Assembly (NCBI GenBank): GCA_026387235.1
Contig: JAPLMD010000026.1
Coordinates: forward strand, 973-64,972
Direction of reading: 5' to 3'
Length of the DNA stretch: 64,000 nt
Source: Candidatus Omnitrophota bacterium
GTDB lineage: Bacteria > Omnitrophota > Gorgyraeia > Gorgyraeales > Gorgyraeaceae
Shown here: positions 59,910 through 64,000 of the stretch, piece after piece
How positions within the stretch are numbered: the stretch's first letter is position 1
How the letters are laid out: the number at the start of each line of letters is the position of its first letter
Position numbers and translations under genes: made by a program
The notes under the pieces: model-generated
Database searches by the model: none
Told to the model about the DNA's origin: nothing
The model's input: the letters and a program-made list of their open reading frames with translations, nothing else

Positions 59910-60059
59910 TCACCCTGCTAATTTCTTATAATACTTCGCTTCTTTGTATGATTTTTTGAACAGGCTCAATTTCTTCAAACCCGGCAAAAGAAAAACCGCA
60001 AATACCCCAAAACCCGCCATCCTCAAAAATTCTCTCCGCGTCATCTTTCTATCCATCAT
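59910..60059 (-). CDS. Small (49 aa) twin-arginine-motif peptide ending KEAKYYKKLAG
   Basis: Manual translation MMDRKMTRREFLRMAGFGVFAVFLLPGLKKLSLFKKSYKEAKYYKKLAG*; SD-like GAGGGG; fills the amrS-amrB gap. Confidence 0.8.
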   Translation of the reverse strand: MMDRKMTRREFLRMAGFGVFAVFLLPGLKKLSLFKKSYKEAKYYKKLAG

Positions 60060-60068
60060 AAATCCCCT

Positions 60069-61043
60069 CTACTCCCAGCGGCCCGGGATTTTGTTGCTGC
60101 AAAACTTACACTTGCTGTCCACTATATAGTTCTGAGTAACTGTATAGCCGAGTCTTTCAATAATCAGCTTTTTGCACGCCTGGCAATAAGTATTATTGCC
60201 TTCGTGTTCCGGGATATTGCCTACGTACACGTAATTCATGCCTTTTGACATAGCGATATTCCTCGCCAAGATCAGCGATTCTTCAGGCGTGGGCGGCAGG
60301 TTTTTTAACTGATATATCGGCCAGAATTTTGAAAAGTGCATCGGCACATCCGGCCCGAGATTTCCTACAACCCAGTCGCATAGTTTCGAAAAATCATCCT
60401 TGGTGTCATTGTAAGTAGGCACGACGAGATTTACAAGTTCAAGCCAGATCCCTTTTTCTTTTATCAATTTTATGGAATTCATGACAGGGCCGATACTGCC
60501 GCCTGTAACATTCTGGTAAAAATTTTCTGTTATGCCTTTAAAATCCACCTTCACGGCATCCAGAAACTTGCACGCGTCTTCAAGAGGCTTCTGGTTTATA
60601 TACCCTGCTGTAACCCAGATATTCAACAGATTATTTTTATGCGCGATATCCGCTATATCAGCCGCATATTCAAAAAATATAATAGGCTCGGAATAAGTGC
60701 AGGCAATGGTCCTGCATTTATTTTTTATTGCCTCGCTGACAACCTGTTCCGGAGACATGTCTATATTTACGGTATCTTCAGGGTTAGATTGGGATATTTC
60801 CCAATTCTGGCAATACAGACAATGCATATTGCATCCTGCCGTAGCCAAAGAAAAAGACAGCGTCCCGGGCAAAAAATGATAAAAAGGCTTTTTCTCAATA
60901 GGGTCCACGTGCGCGGTGCAGGGTTTTCCGTAAACAAGGGTTTGGAGTTTCCCGTTTATATTCATGCGCGAGCGGCAGTTTCCCCTCTCTCCCTCTTTTA
61001 ATTCGCAGCCCCTGGGACACAATAAACACTTTACTTTTTTCAT
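60069..61043 (-). CDS. amrS: AmmeMemoRadiSam system radical SAM enzyme
   Basis: CLLCPRGC...CRSR, DPIEKKPFYHF, GCNMHCLYCQNWEISQ, TYSEP, YVYVGN, CQAC...CKFC. Confidence 0.94.
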   Translation of the reverse strand: MKKVKCLLCPRGCELKEGERGNCRSRMNINGKLQTLVYGKPCTAHVDPIEKKPFYHFLPGTLSFSLATAGCNMHCLYCQNWEISQSNPEDTVNIDMSPEQVVSEAIKNKCRTIACTYSEPIIFFEYAADIADIAHKNNLLNIWVTAGYINQKPLEDACKFLDAVKVDFKGITENFYQNVTGGSIGPVMNSIKLIKEKGIWLELVNLVVPTYNDTKDDFSKLCDWVVGNLGPDVPMHFSKFWPIYQLKNLPPTPEESLILARNIAMSKGMNYVYVGNIPEHEGNNTYCQACKKLIIERLGYTVTQNYIVDSKCKFCSNKIPGRWE

Positions 61044-61216
61044 TCTTCTATAACCCTGTAATATTTTGCTTCCCTTGGATGTAAGCCTTTTTTTTCTATG
61101 CTGTTCAGATTGGTTTTTAGAATGCTTGGCCTTGGTTTATTAGCGCGCATAATTGCCGCTCCTATCATTACAAGGATTAATATAATGACTAGATTAAAAA
61201 TTATTTTTTTAACCAT
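61040..61216 (-). CDS. Small (58 aa) single-TM protein ending LHPREAKYYRVIEE
   Basis: Manual translation MVKKIIFNLVIILILVMIGAAIMRANKPRPSILKTNLNSIEKKGLHPREAKYYRVIEE*; overlaps the lgt stop and the amrS start (ATGA). Confidence 0.78.
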   Translation of the reverse strand: MVKKIIFNLVIILILVMIGAAIMRANKPRPSILKTNLNSIEKKGLHPREAKYYRVIEE

Positions 61217-61925
61217 GCCTTCTCTTTATGTATAAAATCGTCGCTATTATAAACATCAATATACTCGTGAGGCCTGCCAAAGTCAACGCCGTATTCCATA
61301 GATAAACATTATCCGCCCTGAACTGGGAAACAATAATCCTGATGACTCCGTACGCCATAAGGTATAATAAAAATAACCCGCCAACAAATTTCACCTTTTT
61401 TCTTAAGTTCCATAATAGTAAAAATCCTGCGAAATCTAAAATAAGCTCATAAATCTGGGTAGGATGATTCTCCATGCCGAATAATGGTTTTATCGGCATG
61501 CCAAAACAGCACCCGTTTAAAAAACAGCCTATCCTTCCGATCGCTTGGCCCAGTATTATGGAAGGCGCTATCAAATCAGCCAATGCCCAGAAAGAAATCT
61601 TTCTGGCCTTTGAAAATATAATGCCTGCTATTACGCCTCCAAAGATCCCTCCGTGTATAGCAAGTCCTCCCTGCCACACCTTAAATATAGACACAGGATC
61701 TTCTGAAAAATCCTTAAGGCCGAAAAAAAGGATGTAATAAATCCTCGCGCCTATTATCGAACCTATCAGCAGATAAAAACCAAGGTCATATACCAGGTCC
61801 GGCTTTATATTTTTTCTTACAGCCTCGCGCCTGGCAATAAATATCCCAAACAAAAAAGCTATGGCGACCATCATGCCATAGCTATAAATTATAAAAGGCC
61901 CGATTTTAGCTATTATAGGATGCAT
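61209..61925 (-). CDS. lgt: Prolipoprotein diacylglyceryl transferase
   Basis: YSYG, IGARIYY, WQGGLAIHGG, LGQAIGRIGCFLNGCCFG, HPTQIYE. Confidence 0.95.
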   Translation of the reverse strand: MHPIIAKIGPFIIYSYGMMVAIAFLFGIFIARREAVRKNIKPDLVYDLGFYLLIGSIIGARIYYILFFGLKDFSEDPVSIFKVWQGGLAIHGGIFGGVIAGIIFSKARKISFWALADLIAPSIILGQAIGRIGCFLNGCCFGMPIKPLFGMENHPTQIYELILDFAGFLLLWNLRKKVKFVGGLFLLYLMAYGVIRIIVSQFRADNVYLWNTALTLAGLTSILMFIIATILYIKRRHG

Positions 61926-61929
61926 AAAA

Positions 61930-62679
61930 TTATCTTATCTCTAAATCCGCCTTACCTGTCCTTTGTTTTGCGAAATCCCAGGAGTAATCGTAAAGATGGA
62001 GCCCTTTGCTGGCAGCTATAATTTCCCCATTCTCAACGCCTATTTCTTCTGCCATATATTGCTTCACAAGCTCCAGCCCGCCTAAATTTGAAGGGAAGCC
62101 TCCCCATAAATCCCATGACCTGAAATAAAGGAAGAAATGCAGTTTCCCGTAACGAATCCTTGTATCTATAAGCCGCAGGCACGGCGGATCAATCAGCTTT
62201 ATGTCAGAAGGCATGCCTATCTCTATTATAGCCTGATTAGTGCCATGCCCATGGGTTTTGTACATCTTTATAACTTCTTCAACCTGATTTACTTCTAAAG
62301 GCATCTCCCTGACCATTTCCTTGCCGTCTACTGTTTCCTTCAGCCTGACCTTTGCGTCCACCATTCTTTCGCCATAGGTATAGTCTTCGGTATTTGTTTT
62401 CTGGCCTGTCAATAAATACGAAAGGTAACCGTTTATGTATTCCATGCTCGTAGGCGCAGGAATGCTTGAACCTTCGGGTATTATAGGTATCATCTGATGG
62501 CTTGGATTTTTTATCCTGATGGTAACAAAATCAAATTCAAGCCTTTTCTGGCCGGCGTAACTGCCTCTCGTGATCGTATACACGTGCCCGCATTCTAAAA
62601 TCTTTGAAAGGCACCTGAACCACGCGTCGTCTAAATCAAACGCCTCTATGTGAACCGGTTTAAGCTCGTTTCTCTCCAC
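61930..62679 (-). CDS. thyA: Thymidylate synthase (short archaeal-like ThyA)
   Basis: YTYGER, PPCLR, FRSWDLWGGFPSN, SKGLHLY. Confidence 0.85.
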   Translation of the reverse strand: MERNELKPVHIEAFDLDDAWFRCLSKILECGHVYTITRGSYAGQKRLEFDFVTIRIKNPSHQMIPIIPEGSSIPAPTSMEYINGYLSYLLTGQKTNTEDYTYGERMVDAKVRLKETVDGKEMVREMPLEVNQVEEVIKMYKTHGHGTNQAIIEIGMPSDIKLIDPPCLRLIDTRIRYGKLHFFLYFRSWDLWGGFPSNLGGLELVKQYMAEEIGVENGEIIAASKGLHLYDYSWDFAKQRTGKADLEIR

Positions 62680-62680
62680 T

Positions 62681-63175
62681 TTATTTCACTCCCCAATATT
62701 TTTTGAGTTCGTTTGTAATAGCATCCTGATCTTTATTCCCGATATCTTTTTCTATTATTTTACTCCTCTGGGCTTTCTTCTTCAAGCTAATTAAATCCTC
62801 TAATTCTCTAACGCTCGTTATCCCGCAGCCAAACGCCCTCGCGTGATTTTTTATGAAATTGTCATCTGAGGCGACGGTTATCTTGTTCTTTCCGGATGAT
62901 ATTTTAAGTATGTCTACTATTACCTTGTCAGCGTCTTTGTCCTTATTGGAGAATAAAACCTCTATGTCTCCGTATGTCTGCCTGCCTAATCCCAGGCCTT
63001 CGCTCTTGCCGTCAAAAACAATTATTATCTTATCAAACGAGCTGTTCCTATGCCTGAAATCCGCTAGCGCCTTAATAAATGACAGGCGCGAAGACTCAAG
63101 GTTTATGTCTTTTTTTGCGTCAAATTCTTTGATCTTGCTTATCGCGTTATAGCCGTCGATAATTAAACATCTCAT
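62681..63175 (-). CDS. NYN/YacP-like PIN-domain RNase
   Basis: LIIDGYN, IVFDG, ADKVI, VASDD. Confidence 0.85.
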   Translation of the reverse strand: MRCLIIDGYNAISKIKEFDAKKDINLESSRLSFIKALADFRHRNSSFDKIIIVFDGKSEGLGLGRQTYGDIEVLFSNKDKDADKVIVDILKISSGKNKITVASDDNFIKNHARAFGCGITSVRELEDLISLKKKAQRSKIIEKDIGNKDQDAITNELKKYWGVK

Positions 63176-63786
63176 GAGAGCTCGGATTTTATTTTTTTAA
63201 AAGCCCCTTCTCCGTTAAACGCCACTCCTTTTATGCCAAGCTTTGACGCCGCTTCAATCAAATCCGCCCTGTCATCTATATAAAATGCGCCCGAGTTCTT
63301 CGCGCCGACTGCCCTAAGCGCTGCATCGTAAATCTCAGGGCTAGGCTTTCTAAAACCTATCTCATAAGAAAGTATAAGTTTATCAAACTCGCGGAAGATA
63401 GGCATTTTCTCTTTAAGAAATCCGTAATGCGTTTCATTTATATTGGATATCATCGCTATCTTATATCTATTTTTTATTTTCTTTAAAAAATCCTGTATTT
63501 TTTTATTAAGCGGGGTTTCAAAAAATATGTCGTTCCAAATCGGTAAAAACACGCCATAATCCATATCCAGCTTAAGAGAATCTTTTACTCTTTTGAAAAA
63601 ATCCAAAGAGGAGATTTTCCCTTCTTCGTAATCCTTTGTAATGCCTGAATCAAAGAAAAGCTGATAGATATCCTCTTCTTTTTTAGGGGTGAAGGCCAAA
63701 ATCTTTTTTACCGCTATCCTGTGGTCAAAATTGACAAGGACATTCCCCAGGTCGCAGAATATAGCATCGTATTTATTTTTAACCAT
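63172..63786 (-). CDS. HAD-superfamily phosphatase (YihX-like)
   Basis: CDLGNVL, ISNIN, RKPSPEIY, YIDDR. Confidence 0.9.
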   Translation of the reverse strand: MVKNKYDAIFCDLGNVLVNFDHRIAVKKILAFTPKKEEDIYQLFFDSGITKDYEEGKISSLDFFKRVKDSLKLDMDYGVFLPIWNDIFFETPLNKKIQDFLKKIKNRYKIAMISNINETHYGFLKEKMPIFREFDKLILSYEIGFRKPSPEIYDAALRAVGAKNSGAFYIDDRADLIEAASKLGIKGVAFNGEGAFKKIKSELS

Positions 63787-63810
63787 AGATTTCAGCGTTG
63801 CGGGATATAT

Positions 63811-64000
63811 TCAGTCAACCTTTGGCAGACATTTTATCGCTTTTTTTATTGCCTCTTCGGGATGCTCGTAATCCTTCAGCTTGCCTCCGATGTATGCGTC
63901 ATAAGCAGCCAGGTCGAAATTACCGTGGCCGGAATAGTTAAAGACTATGCATTTTTCTTTATTTTCTTTTTTACATATCAATGCCTCGTCTATTGCCGCC
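63811..64000 (-). CDS. trpB: C-terminus of a TrpB2-type tryptophan synthase beta-like PLP enzyme (partial)
   Basis: Manual translation [62 protein letters not shown]. Confidence 0.85.
   Translation of the reverse strand, partial: AAIDEALICKKENKEKCIVFNYSGHGNFDLAAYDAYIGGKLKDYEHPEEAIKKAIKCLPKVD

Noticed and set aside
61034-61042. TGA as selenocysteine or read-through into amrS
   Set aside because: The TGA is followed in frame by AAA AAG TAA, and amrS is in a different frame.
61088-61095. A8 run as a programmed -1 frameshift fusing the 58-aa ORF to amrS
   Set aside because: The -1 frame is open into amrS, but shifting there would discard the EAKYY motif, and no stimulatory structure is evident. 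ATGA coupling or a local indel is simpler.
162-63871. Dozens of plus-strand ORFs in the ORF track (e.g. 1730-2302, 17793-18512, 51700-52512)
   Set aside because: They are antisense shadows of well-supported minus-strand genes, with no motifs or RBS.

Overview
Bacterial chromosomal window, almost entirely minus-strand; gene content and repeat style suggest a PVC-superphylum or Omnitrophota-like anaerobe (inference only). From left to right it holds six blocks. (1) Two different V/A-type ATPase operons in tandem, joined by a universal stress protein gene. (2) A PyrR-attenuated pyr operon (pyrR-B-C-[EndoQ]-K-D-F-E) that runs straight into the ATPase genes. (3) A ~33 kb accessory cell-surface glyco-modification island (19.4-52.1 kb) with nine radical SAM enzymes (six cobalamin-dependent, one TRAM-less methylthiotransferase-like, two twitch/SPASM), five GT-C-type membrane proteins, two GT2s, Glf, a DegT aminotransferase, an epimerase and SGNH/TPR hybrids. 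(4) A GH/DUF187 gene, rsmI and glmS. (5) A membrane spermidine-synthase-like gene carrying an in-frame palindromic repeat, convergent with an AmmeMemoRadiSam locus. (6) lgt, thyA, an NYN RNase, a HAD phosphatase and the 3' end of trpB2. The most striking unannotated signal is two small ORFs missing from the ORF track (59910-60059, Tat motif; 61040-61216, TM anchor). They flank amrS and both end in an EAKYY motif that this AmrS lacks at its own N-terminus. Two families of dispersed palindromic repeats and a candidate sRNA were also found. No CRISPR array, rRNA, tRNA or transposase was seen. All calls come from reading the sequence by eye, without database searches.
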